Made by a program: the position numbers and the translations under genes. A model generated the notes under the pieces. That model made no database searches and was not told the DNA's origin. It worked only from the letters and a program-made list of their open reading frames with translations. From Mantamonas sphyraenae STR306 (Eukaryota; Protista; CRuMs), in contig JAPMXV010000042.1 in assembly GCA_026936335.1 (NCBI GenBank), positions 647,096-711,095 on the forward strand: a stretch of DNA of 64,000 nt, read 5' to 3'. Positions 1 to 10,642 of this stretch are shown piece after piece (the first letter of the stretch is position 1; each line of letters begins with the position of its first letter).

Positions 1-2222
1 CCTTGGCGGCGCGTTTCTTTGCCTGCTCAAACACTGCGTTGACGCACTCCTGGTTGGGCTGTCGCAGTCGTTCCTTGTTGCTGTGGTTCCACAGTGTGTA
101 AAAGATGTCCCCCTTGAGCATAAAGTCGTCCACAACGGGGTTGTTGTCCTTTTCCACCGGGTTGTACCGTCCTGCCAGATGGTCGTTGTGATGCGGGTGG
201 CCAGCTCGCTCGTCTGCCATGTTGAGCAGTTGCTCGCCATTTTCCTCAAAAAACTGTTTCGCCAGCATTTTGTTGCTGGTTCCGTTCTGCATCAGATGCA
301 CCTGTGTGCGGTTGAACGAGTTTTCCTCAATCCACTTGTCCAGTCCCTTGCCCTGTGCGCCCGTGTTTGTGTTGCCCTTGGCCACATTCTGAGTGTGAGA
401 CACAGCCTTGCGTGCTCGCGGAGACTGAGACGACGCTTGCGACGAAGCTCGGCCGCTGCTGCGGCGGGATTGGCGACTGGAGAGCAGTTCACGCTCTGCC
501 TTTTCGGCATCCTGGAGCGCCTTTTGGGTTTGGGAGCTCATCAGACGGTTGTGTTTCTGCAGCACTTGCTGGCTGAGTGACGAGGAGGCACCTCCGCCTG
601 CTTGGTGTCGACCACTGAGCATGGAGGTAGGGCGTGCGTTTTGCACTTGCTGGCGGTGCCACGACGCCTGCGTGGAAGGACGCTGGGACCCAGAGCCGTA
701 TGAAGAATAGGAGGAGTAGGACGAGGCGTAGCTGCCACTGCCGTACGAAGACCAGCTGTCGTAGGAAGCGTCCGAGGCGCGGCTGAACGATCGGAAGGAG
801 CCCGAGAGGGAGCTGGAGGTGCTGGGACGCGATGTAACTGACTGACGCTCAATCTCTGCACTGTACGAGTCACGCTGCTGCTTGCGACGAAGCGGGACGG
901 GCTTTTGCTTAACATGGAGCACCTGGTTGCCCGAAGCGTCTGTGCGCACAGACATGCTTGTCGACGGGCGCTCCTGGGCGTACTGAGGATGTCCATGACG
1001 GCTGCTGCTGCTTGTGATACTTCTCCTGCTGCTGCTGCTGCTTGTGCGGCCACGTGCAGAGGCCGACGAGGAACCGTGCTCCCATCCAAAGTCAATGTCG
1101 CTGTGGGCGTCGTTGTTGTCGTAAAACATGGGCCCACTGTTGTTGCCACCGGTTTCGCTGTTGCTGTTGGAGTTGGAGTTGGAGTTGCTGCTGTGTTGAT
1201 CAGTTTCACTGGAGAGCGAAGCCAGCTCGGTGTCCGGTCGCTGCACGCCCAGCTGCTTCTGGGCCGATTTCCACGCCCGTGCCGAGTACTGCGAGTCACC
1301 CAAGTCTTTTTGCGAGGCTCGGCTGAGAGTTGACTCTCGGGTCTGCTGCACCTCGGATTGGCAGAGCTCAGAGACCACGTCGCAAAACTGGAACTGTAGC
1401 AGCGGTGTGTTAGCCACGAGACGCAAGGGGCTCGAGATCCACTCTGTGGGGGACACTGTACCCTTCCTCATCCATCCTCCCCCTATGGTTACCTTGATGG
1501 CGCGTCCAGACGACGTCAGCGTGCCGATCTTGAGATCGAGCTGGACGCGTTCGCCGGCACCCATGGCCGTGCCGATAGTGTCAAAGATATCAGAAAGGGA
1601 AACCATGACCTGGCGTTTGGTCAATCCTGTGGCAACAATGAGCTCGCTGTAGTTGAGAGTGATGCCATTGACGTTGGCAAGAGAGACGCTGCGTGCCTGC
1701 GGGGGATTTTGAACGTTGCGTCGCTTGTCAGCTGGGGCAACGGCCGGGAGGGTGCAGCTGGCGGTGACGAGTTTTCACGTCGCGCATGTTTACACACGAG
1801 ACTACAGCGGGTGTGGGGGTGTGGGAAGGTCTCTTCAACGTACCATCTTGACGCCGTAGCGGGAAGCAAACTTGTTGTGGATGGCAAACACTGGCCTGCG
1901 CTCTCGCACGCTGCCCAGGAGTCCACGATCACGCTCTGTGTGAAGGTAAGCCCATGTACCCAGGTCTGGGATACGTACACCCTGTTGGAGAGGCGTCAAG
2001 ACGGGAGTGGGGTGGCCAAGAGGCGTGTGTGAGCCTGCCCAGCACTTTGTTGGCCGAAATTCAAGGAATGCCACCTACACGGCCGGTTTCCACAACATGC
2101 TTCCAGAGCCAGTTGAGGAGGGCTGACCACACCTTCTTGTAGGTGGTCTTTGTGATGCCCTCACGCTTGACACGTGGTTTGCGAATGCACTCGAGCAGGA
2201 GTTGCTTCAAGCCAAACGACAT
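1..2222 (-). CDS. CCDC81: CCDC81-like protein (two HU-type domains plus Ser-rich region); 4 exons visible, 3' end runs off the window
   Basis: Spliced reading: MSFGLKQ...KVWSALLNWLWKHVVETGR (2222-2079) | GVRIPDLGTWAYL...RPVFAIHNKFASRYGVKM (1981-1844) | ARSVS...LNYSELIVATGLTKRQVMVSLSDIFDTIG...VQLDLKIGTL (~1697-1490) | FQFCD... (1393 to window edge, open). Junctions are GT-AG and phase-consistent. GVxIPxLGT/RPVF and LNYSEL motifs resemble CCDC81 HU domains. Confidence 0.72.
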
Positions 2223-2353
2223 CGGTGGTTGGCACAATCGTCGCAGCGGACCACAAACACACATGTGCCAAACTGTGGCTCAGTGGCGTGTGTGGATGAT
2301 GCATGTGATGCACGGGAGAAGCCAGTTGGGCCCATGCGGAAGCAAACCATCGC

Positions 2354-4540
2354 ATGAGTCGCAGGCAACAGACTTTCAGCAGCGGCGGTGTGGGACTGCA
2401 TGACGACAGCCCAGGGGGGATCCGACGGAGCAATCGTCGCAATGTGAGCACCCTTTCGTTGGGAAGCTCAGCCAGTGTGCCGAGGAACTCTTGGAACATC
2501 GGCGGCAGTAGTCGAAATCGATCCTTGTACAGGTCAACAGAGAGCAGCGGGTATGGGGTTGGATCGCAGTACAAGACGAGCAACAGCCATGCGCACCCGA
2601 GTATGGGTGGGACAGGACGCAAGACAAGCCGAGACGGAGTTGTGGAGGAGACCATTGAGCTGAACAGCGGCAGCTCAGCGAAGCGCACCAAGCGCAGCTC
2701 GTCACGTGGGTCAACCTCGTCGAACTCATCGGCAACGCAGTATGGAACGCACAACATGAACTCTGTGGAGGACAGATTGCGGTGGTACCAAGCGGGAGGC
2801 CGAAGCAGCGCGAGTGGCGGGACAACGGTCGGAAGCGGCAGCGGCAACGGGTACAAAGCATCGTTGGCCCGGGTGACAAATACGATGCAACACATGCAGG
2901 GGAGCACGGCAGGGCTGGAAAGATCGAGTGGTGACAGCACGGGAGTGAGGGCAAGCAGCAGCCGGAATTTGTACGGGCAACTGAGCGGCGCACGAGAGTC
3001 TGTTGGAAGCCGCGTGGAGCACGGAAACTCGCGATTGCATCGAATGAGTGACCGAGACTCATACGCGAGCGTGAGTGAGCTGGGTGAAAGCGGAGGCGGA
3101 GTGCGGAGCAGATCGGTCGCAAGCAGATCCAGTGAGCCAGATGTGGAGGAAGAGGAGGAGGAAACGATGATGACAGAGAGGGACGGAAGGAGCAACCTGG
3201 CGTCGACGAAGCATCGATTGTCGTCGTCCTCGCTGTCGTCGTCAGTGTCGTCGGGCAGGGGAAAGGGCACGCGCACACGGTTGGAGGAATACGAGAGCAG
3301 CAGCGGCGGGTCGTCGTCTTCGCCTCGGGGTCTGACCGGCCTGGAGAACTTGGGCAATACTTGCTTCATGAACAGTATTGTCCAGTGTCTCAGCAACACG
3401 CGCTTGCTGTGCAACTACTTTCTCAGCGGAGACTACACCGCGGATCTGAACACACAAGTGAGCACACGTGGGAAGCTGGCCAGCGCGTTTGGCAGTCTTA
3501 TGGAGCAGATGTGGCGAAAGGGAAGTGGCGGAAGCAGCAGTAGCGGGCTCTACAGCGGCTCGTCCCGCTTGTACTCAAGCTCCTATTCGTCGTACTCGTC
3601 GTACTCGTCGTACGGAGGGCGCAGCAGCGTGTCACCATCTGCATTTAAGCGTGAGGTGGGCAAGTATGCGTCCCGATTTATGGGCTACGAACAGCAGGAT
3701 GCCCACGAGTTTCTCCGCTTTTTGCTGGACGGCCTTCACACGGATCTGAACCTGGTGCGGCGCAAGATCAAGTATGTGGAACGTACAGACGAAGAAGACG
3801 CGGCTCTGAGCAGCGAGGAGAAGGCAGAGGTGTACTGGGAGCGTCATGTCGAGCGCAACCAGTCGTTTGTGATGGATCTGTTCTGTGGCCAACTGCGCAG
3901 TTCTGTGCAGTGCACAGTGTGCAACACAGTATCAGAGGCGTTTGATCCATTCATGGACCTGTCCGTACCCATTCCCAAGCAGTACCAATCGTCTCGCAGC
4001 ACCAGGCCATCGTACGGTGGATACCACTCCCGATTCAGCAGCTACGGCAGCAGCAGCTACGGCAGCTACAGCAGCTATGACGATTCGTCTGTATCTTGTA
4101 CACTGACCGAGTGCCTGGAGGAGTTTACAAAGAGTGAGCTGCTGGACGAGGAGGAAAAGTACTTTTGCTCACGGTGCAAGAAGCGCCAGCGCAGCCGGAA
4201 GGCATTCTCCATCCGCACGCTGCCGCCGGTCCTTGTCATCCACATCAAGCGCTTTGTGTACAACACATACACTCGCTCCAAGTTGGCCACGAGCGTGGAT
4301 TTCCCCACCCGCGGCCTGGATATGTCTGCGTATGCAGACGGCGGCCAAAACGCCGTCTACGATCTCTTTGCTGTCAGCAACCATATCGGGAGCATGGGAG
4401 GAGGTCACTACACAGCCCATTGTATCAACCAGGACGACGGGGCGTGGCACAGCTACAACGACTCGTCCGTGAGCAGCGCCTCAGAGTCGTCGCTCAGCAA
4501 ATCCAACGCCTACGTCCTGTTCTATGCGCTTCGCAAATGA
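2354..4540 (+). CDS. Ubiquitin-specific protease (USP2/USP21-like, peptidase C19) with long Ser/Gly-rich N-terminus; single exon
   Basis: Cys box GLENLGNTCFMNS, QQDAHEFL, CxxC pairs (CTVC, CSRC), His box NHIGSMGGGHYTAH, and YNDS...AYVLFY. Confidence 0.95.
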   Translation: MSRRQQTFSSGGVGLHDDSPGGIRRSNRRNVSTLSLGSSASVPRNSWNIGGSSRNRSLYRSTESSGYGVGSQYKTSNSHAHPSMGGTGRKTSRDGVVEETIELNSGSSAKRTKRSSSRGSTSSNSSATQYGTHNMNSVEDRLRWYQAGGRSSASGGTTVGSGSGNGYKASLARVTNTMQHMQGSTAGLERSSGDSTGVRASSSRNLYGQLSGARESVGSRVEHGNSRLHRMSDRDSYASVSELGESGGGVRSRSVASRSSEPDVEEEEEETMMTERDGRSNLASTKHRLSSSSLSSSVSSGRGKGTRTRLEEYESSSGGSSSSPRGLTGLENLGNTCFMNSIVQCLSNTRLLCNYFLSGDYTADLNTQVSTRGKLASAFGSLMEQMWRKGSGGSSSSGLYSGSSRLYSSSYSSYSSYSSYGGRSSVSPSAFKREVGKYASRFMGYEQQDAHEFLRFLLDGLHTDLNLVRRKIKYVERTDEEDAALSSEEKAEVYWERHVERNQSFVMDLFCGQLRSSVQCTVCNTVSEAFDPFMDLSVPIPKQYQSSRSTRPSYGGYHSRFSSYGSSSYGSYSSYDDSSVSCTLTECLEEFTKSELLDEEEKYFCSRCKKRQRSRKAFSIRTLPPVLVIHIKRFVYNTYTRSKLATSVDFPTRGLDMSAYADGGQNAVYDLFAVSNHIGSMGGGHYTAHCINQDDGAWHSYNDSSVSSASESSLSKSNAYVLFYALRK

Positions 4541-4586
4541 AGCCCGGTTGATAGTGTACATCAAGGTTGCTTGATGAGATGTGGAT

Positions 4587-7500
4587 TCATTCCATGCGCA
4601 CAATGCCTTTCTCTGGGAATTGTCGCCAGATGCGAATCTTCTCCGGGGACACGCCGTGCGAATGCTGCAACTCGACATCCAGCGCGTATGGCTGGATATC
4701 ATTCGGCAGGTCGATTGCGTCATTGTCTACACTCGTGCCCATGAGTGCGTGCAGACGGAGCAGGTTTGTGTCCTGGGCCTCGTCGTCGTGAGTGCGACGC
4801 AGCAGGAGGCCGATGTTGCCGCCCCAGCCTGCACCGGGACACAGAAAACCAATGCAGTTGAGTTGTCCATGCTCGTTGTCTTCCATGCGATTGAGTTGCA
4901 AAGCCAGGGTGTACGCACGGTGAAGGACGCCATTGGCCGAGTCACCGCGGAAGAGGTGTCGCTTGTCGTGCCACGACTGCATGCCCAGGGCACCTACAAG
5001 AAACAGCCTCTGGAAATCAGACAACAGCACGGCATTGTCCGACTCTGCACATTCTCGAAGCGTGTGTGCGCGGAAAGTGAGCCCTTCTGCCTCTGCGTCG
5101 TCGGCCCAATTGAGCAAGTGTTGCTGCAAACGGGGCCAGTCCAGCTGGGCAACAGAGGAGGAAGCGGTTGTGAGCAACGCACATACTTGTGCAACACGCC
5201 AATCCTCATGTAGCATATACTCTGCCACGTCGAGCATTGGTGTGGTTGCTGTGAGCACGGCAACTTGCGGCGCACTTGTGCCTTGCGCGTACCCCAACAA
5301 GCGCACGTCAGTTGGGTCTGCACCCACAGCCACGAATGGGATGAAATCTTCACCCTGGGGCTCCGCATGGATCTCCAACGAGGACACATCCACACCATCG
5401 GGTAGCACCATGCATTCCAGAGGCACCTGCGCTCGTTTGACATCCCACTCGGAAACATCCAATGCCAAACGACCGCCCCCCGTGTGTCTCAATAGCGCGA
5501 GAGCCATGTGGTACTCACGCACGCGCTGGTTGAAGTTTGTGAGCGGGCTGTCTGCTTCACTGTCACTGTGGCTGCTGAGCTGGCGTGTGGAGCCCGTGTC
5601 CACGATGACGAGGTCGTAGCCAACTTGCTGCAGGTGTGGCGACACGGATGCAAGGAGACTGGGTTCGTGGCCACAGTCGACAAAGGACAGGCGATCTTTC
5701 TCGGCGCAGGCGATAAGCAACGGGTCCATCACACCGGAGGCGACCCCGACCACTTGGTTTTCCACGTCGTGGCACAGTTGAGCCAGCGAAACGGGCTCGT
5801 ACAGAAGCGGCGAGTCGCTGGCAATCAGGGAAAGGGTGCTTGTGGCCACAGAAAGCAACAATGCGGCTGAGCTGGACAGACCGGCACCCATGGCCAGGTC
5901 GCTGTCGATGAAAAGATCCAACGATGGCAATTCGACATCTGACAGGCGGTTGCAAACCTCGTTGATCACACCAGCGACGTAGTGGGTCCACACGGGCGCA
6001 TCGCTCAGGTCCACTAGGCCCGCATCTGTGTAGGGCATGGTGCACATGCGGGCACCCCTTTGAAGGTTGCGCGAGTACACGCAAAGACGACGCTGGGAAG
6101 AAGTGCGAACAATGCGCACAGCTGTGCACACGCGCTGCGAGACGGCTAGGCCGAACGCACGCATGGACGCCCAGTCTGTGTGTGCGCCTCCACCATTGAT
6201 GCGGCCAGCACAACCATACATGCGCTCTGGAGGATCCAATGGGCCATGGATCGATCGGAAACCGGCGCTCAGGCGTTGTGCATCGAGTTGCACCTCTTGA
6301 TGGGCGAATTCGTCCACAGCCACATCCATCAGCCTGGACTGCGCCTCCACGTTGTAGCCTGGTCGCCAAGACTCGAGGACAGGGAGCCAGGAGTCACTTG
6401 CAAGCCACGAGAGCATCCATGCGAGTACACGGCGACGCTGTCGAGTAGCATCGTCGTCTGATCCGTGCGCTGATGGCAGCACATCGGCTACAATGGTGTC
6501 CACCAGTTGAATCCAGGATACTTCGGATGCAGTTGTGTGGGCCATGTGGAACACGTGTGGGATGAGCCACTGGTGGAGCAGTTGTTCAGCAGCGTAGGGC
6601 TCATGTGTGCGTTGCAAACGGTTGCTCACTGGAAGGGTGTCCAACACAGCGTGCAACTGAGCCATCCACACGGTGTCGTTGTCCTGTGAGGCCAAGTGGT
6701 GTGCCTCCAGGGAGTGCTCATCCAAACGCACCTGTATGAGCTCTTGTCTGCGTGCGTCCATGCGGTCCATGTCGATCTGCTTGGCCAGCTCGCCAAACGA
6801 CTGCCAGTTGTTCACAATGGGAAAGGTGAGGGGCTTTGCACCGTGAAGAGCATCAACACGGTTGGCTCTGCGGTACAAAGGCCATCGGTGGGTGCGCTGG
6901 AAGGTCTGGTTGTGGTCAGAGGTGGTCCCAGCTGAGCTGAGGGTGCACACAAACTCATTTGCAGCCACCAGCAGAGGAGCATGTGCTATGAGATTGCGCT
7001 CCTGGTCTCCACCTTGCTCTGTGAGTCCGTAGGTACGCGAATCAAAGCCCACGACAAGCACCTGGCTGGCCTGACTGATGTGTCCGCCGCCGCCCACAAA
7101 ACAGCTTTGGATGGCCACGCATGCATCCGGTGAGGCGGAAGGTTCAATGACGAGCTCCGTATCCTTCTCCAAGTGGATGTACGAGTCGCTGAGCAGTACA
7201 CAGGCATGTGAGTGTGCGTTGGACACCACCAGGCGCCCGCTGCCTGTGATGACCGTGTTGTGGAGCAGGAAAGCGGCTTCGTCCCCGACCTCCAGCTGCA
7301 CGGTGTCCGCGACCGTGCTCCCAAAGGTGTGCTGGGACAGAGGAAGCAATCTGGCACGCGTGCGTCCCTCGTTGGTAAATGCACGCATGTACAGCGCCTG
7401 CAAATAGAGATCAGGCTGGCCCAGGTCGCCGGCAATACACCCTTCGCCAAGGGAGGCCACGTACGTGGTGTACTTGGTCAGTGTGTCAAAGGCGCACTGC

Positions 7501-8882
7501 CAAATGGCAGTGCCATCGGCTTGCCAAGCTTTCTGGTAGGCGAGCCATTCGTCGTGGTCGGGAAAGTCTGTGGGCGACTTGTCGATGCCGCTGTTCCAGT
7601 CGTGTACCCACTCTTCACACGGCGTGTGGGGAGCTCCAAACAGGGTGTTTGCGTATCCAAAGGGCAGGGCCTGCCGCACGCTTTGGCCGGGGCTGACCTG
7701 CGACTCGATGGCAGAAAAGGCGTCGTACAGGGCGCGCACCACGTCTTTCTTCAGACCAGCATACATGACGCAGATCAGCACAGATCCCAGCGTGGTCATG
7801 GTCAACATGATGTATGGGATGGATGGCTTCTCGCGAAAGTCCACCAAGCGCCCGGCGTCGTCAGCAAGAGCGTTGCCTTTGGATGAAAAGGTGAGCAGCT
7901 GATCGGCCAGATACTGCAGCTCAGAGCGCACGACAAGCACACCATCTACAGTAGCACCGTCTCGATCGGCAGCAAAGTCCAGCATGGCCGTGTAGGCCTT
8001 GGCAGAGATGAGGTTTGCAAAGCCGGTCACCTGGCTGGCGACAACCATGCGGTACTTTTCGATGAGATCTTGGGCCTTTTGGGGCATGGGAAGGGTGCAA
8101 ATGACCATGTCTGCATCGGAGGGGAGCTGGTTGAGCGGATTGCCGGCAACGGTGACGCTTTCAGGGACGAGATCGTAGTCCGAGGCGCACAGGATAGCCC
8201 ACTCTTTGCCCTGGTTCGGGAACTGCGAGGCAAAGGCAGTGCTGGAAAGCATGGAGACTTCCCACACCAACTCGTCCAGCAGCTTGTACATGCCCTGGTA
8301 GCTGAAGAAGAGGGTCAAGAGGTAGTTGCGTGTCTTGCGTCCTCCATCCTGGGCGAGGAGAGACGAAGCATGTACGAGGAGCAGGGTAAGTGGACAATGT
8401 ATGAATGCGCACATGTCACCCAGCGCATTCGGTGGCTCGTCGTCCCAAACGTACCAGGATAAAGTGGATTGCGTTCTCGTCGCGGGCAACCGCCTTGTCG
8501 CTGTCCAAGCTCTCGCTGTACAGCAGATCACCAATCTTGAACAGGCCAACGAGATCTGCGAGGTGTGCATACCAATGTCCAACAGCAGGGCGTGAGTGTG
8601 AGTGCGTGACTGAGTGGGTTGGCGCGTGGAAGCAGAAGCGCAACCCTCCGACGTACCGTGTGCATACGTGCCTGGCTCCTCGTGGCTGAGGAGAACATGG
8701 CAGCCAGGATACTTGGAGAGGACGTCGGATGCAATGCGGCTGGCGTACATATGACCCGCTTGTGCGCCGGTAAACAGTTTGAGGTTGGTACAGAACAAGC
8801 GAGGACCCCAGGAGCCATCCACAAGAGCTGAGCGGACAGCATCGCGCAGAGCAAGGTTTTCCGAGGTGGACAGGGCCTGCAT
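4587..8882 (-). CDS. Bifunctional sugar-1-phosphate nucleotidyltransferase (fucose-1-P guanylyltransferase-like) / GHMP sugar kinase; 3 exons
   Basis: Start MQALSTSEN at 8882. Two GTACGT...CAG introns near 8655-8557 and 8452-8349 give HEEPGTYAHDLVGLFKIG...HFILDGGRKTRNYLLT (nucleotidyltransferase GGxxTR-like). Also GRLVDFREKPS and a beta-helix-like segment. C-terminal GHMP motifs: GRINGGGAHTDW, DSDLAMGAGLSSSAA, ASGVMDP, VDTG, GAGWGG. Confidence 0.75.
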   Translation of the reverse strand: MQALSTSENLALRDAVRSALVDGSWGPRLFCTNLKLFTGAQAGHMYASRIASDVLSKYPGCHVLLSHEEPGTYAHGTSEGCASASTRQPTQSRTHTHALLLDIGMHTSQISLACSRLVICCTARAWTATRRLPATRTQSTLSWYVWDDEPPNALGDMCAFIHCPLTLLLVHASSLLAQDGGRKTRNYLLTLFFSYQGMYKLLDELVWEVSMLSSTAFASQFPNQGKEWAILCASDYDLVPESVTVAGNPLNQLPSDADMVICTLPMPQKAQDLIEKYRMVVASQVTGFANLISAKAYTAMLDFAADRDGATVDGVLVVRSELQYLADQLLTFSSKGNALADDAGRLVDFREKPSIPYIMLTMTTLGSVLICVMYAGLKKDVVRALYDAFSAIESQVSPGQSVRQALPFGYANTLFGAPHTPCEEWVHDWNSGIDKSPTDFPDHDEWLAYQKAWQADGTAIWQCAFDTLTKYTTYVASLGEGCIAGDLGQPDLYLQALYMRAFTNEGRTRARLLPLSQHTFGSTVADTVQLEVGDEAAFLLHNTVITGSGRLVVSNAHSHACVLLSDSYIHLEKDTELVIEPSASPDACVAIQSCFVGGGGHISQASQVLVVGFDSRTYGLTEQGGDQERNLIAHAPLLVAANEFVCTLSSAGTTSDHNQTFQRTHRWPLYRRANRVDALHGAKPLTFPIVNNWQSFGELAKQIDMDRMDARRQELIQVRLDEHSLEAHHLASQDNDTVWMAQLHAVLDTLPVSNRLQRTHEPYAAEQLLHQWLIPHVFHMAHTTASEVSWIQLVDTIVADVLPSAHGSDDDATRQRRRVLAWMLSWLASDSWLPVLESWRPGYNVEAQSRLMDVAVDEFAHQEVQLDAQRLSAGFRSIHGPLDPPERMYGCAGRINGGGAHTDWASMRAFGLAVSQRVCTAVRIVRTSSQRRLCVYSRNLQRGARMCTMPYTDAGLVDLSDAPVWTHYVAGVINEVCNRLSDVELPSLDLFIDSDLAMGAGLSSSAALLLSVATSTLSLIASDSPLLYEPVSLAQLCHDVENQVVGVASGVMDPLLIACAEKDRLSFVDCGHEPSLLASVSPHLQQVGYDLVIVDTGSTRQLSSHSDSEADSPLTNFNQRVREYHMALALLRHTGGGRLALDVSEWDVKRAQVPLECMVLPDGVDVSSLEIHAEPQGEDFIPFVAVGADPTDVRLLGYAQGTSAPQVAVLTATTPMLDVAEYMLHEDWRVAQVCALLTTASSSVAQLDWPRLQQHLLNWADDAEAEGLTFRAHTLRECAESDNAVLLSDFQRLFLVGALGMQSWHDKRHLFRGDSANGVLHRAYTLALQLNRMEDNEHGQLNCIGFLCPGAGWGGNIGLLLRRTHDDEAQDTNLLRLHALMGTSVDNDAIDLPNDIQPYALDVELQHSHGVSPEKIRIWRQFPEKGIVRME

Positions 8883-8992
8883 GACGTGTAGGTTCGGGCG
8901 GGGGGCGGGCGTGGGTTGTGAGGAGAAAAGGTGGAGGCGGGGGCGAAGAGAGGCGACGTCGCGGCCAACCCTTTCGAGCAGAAGCAAAGAGC

Positions 8993-10583
8993 ATGTCGTC
9001 TGGAAAAAGATTGTCGCCGGAAGAGCCGCTGACTGTGTGTGTGGCTGGAGGTGCGGGTTTCATTGGCTCGCACACGGCATTGAAGTTGAAAGAGGAGGGC
9101 CACACAGTGATCGTGGCCGACTGGAAGAACAACGAGTTTATGGATCAAAGCGAGTACTGCGACACATTCCACCTTGTGGACCTGCGCACGCTGGAGAACT
9201 GCTTGGAAGTGACCAAAGGTTGCGATTGGGTGCTCAATTTCGCGGCAGACATGGGAGGTAAGGCGTGGAGGCGAGGTGGCGGGTGCGGTGCATTGGCCCA
9301 CCGCAAGCAGTTTTCCCCAATTTGGCAGGGCCCTGAGCAGGGCACCCTGTTGCGCGATCGCTGACACAGTCTGTCGGTGTTCTACAGGCATGGGCTTCAT
9401 CCAGAGCAACCACAGCGTGATCCTTTACAACAACACGATGATCAGGTGCGTGGTCAAAAAGAGAGTTTACACCTTGCGCGTGAGGCGCTGACACCCGTCG
9501 GGTTTCGCCTTTGCACGCGTCCTCCCACAGCTTCAACCTGGCCGAGGCCGCACGCCAGAACGGCGTGAAGCGCTTCTTTTATGCATCGAGTGCCTGTGTG
9601 TATCCGGAGCACATCCAGATGACAGAAGATCTGCAGGAAGGTGGGTGTGCGCAAAGACGTTTCGGAGCGGTTTTTTCGGTGAGGCTGGTCTCGGGACCTC
9701 TCCCGAGACCAGGGGAAGCATGGGCGTTCTGTGCGGCATCACCGACAACACAGGGCACTGACACGTGATGCGTGCTACATGGGGCCACACTCGGAATCGT
9801 GCCTGCGTAGGCCTGAAGGAAGATATGGCGTGGCCTGCACAGCCGCAGGATGCGTACGGCATTGAAAAGATCTGCTCGGAAGAACTGCTCATGTACTACC
9901 ACAAGGACTTCCCTGAGATGGAGACGCGCATCGCACGATTCCACAACATCTACGGCCCGCGCGGCAGCTGGCGAGGTGAGTTTGTTGCGTGAGAAGCGGC
10001 TGCTGCTGTGGTGTTGCTGGTGTCTCGCCTCCTCTCGCTCACGCTCACACGGGTCGTGTACTTGTGTCTTGGTGTCTTGGTGTCTTGGTGTCTGGCAGGC
10101 GGTCGCGAAAAGGCCCCTGCTGCGTTCTGCCGCAAAGTGCTGTCGTCGGAATCGGAGTTTGAGATGTGGGGCTCGGGCAAGCAGACGCGCTCGTTCTGCC
10201 TGGTGGATGACTGCGTGGAGGGCGTGCTGCGTCTCATGCAGTCGGACTACAAGAAGCCTATCAACATCGGTTCGGAAGAGATGGTGAGCATGGACCAAAT
10301 GGCCAAGCTGATCATGACTTTCGAGGACAAGCAGCTGGAAATCAAACACATCGACGGGCCCGAGGGTGTCAAAGGTCGCAACAGCAACAACGAACTGATT
10401 CGTGAGGTGTTGGGATGGGAGCCGACCACCAAACTGGAGGATGGTCTGCGCCTGACCTACAACTGGATCAAGGAGCAGATTGAGGCTGAGCAGGCACAGG
10501 GTATCGAGGAGGACTACAGCCACTCTGAGGTGGTTCCTGCACATGCCCCGTCGCAGCTGGGCGAAACCTTGGACAAGGAGTGA
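8993..10583 (+). CDS. GME: GDP-mannose 3',5'-epimerase (extended SDR); 5 exons
   Basis: GGAGFIGSH, FAADMGGMGFIQSNHSVILYNNTMISFN, FFYASSACVYPE, AWPAQPQDAYGIEK, RFHNIYGP, GGREKAPAAFCRK, QTRSF, GPEGVKGRNS. Four GT-AG introns are phase-consistent. Confidence 0.95.
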
Positions 10584-10642
10584 ACGCAAGCTGCAAATGG
10601 CGGAGAGGAGAAATGGAAAACGCAAAGCAGACGCCGTGTGAA

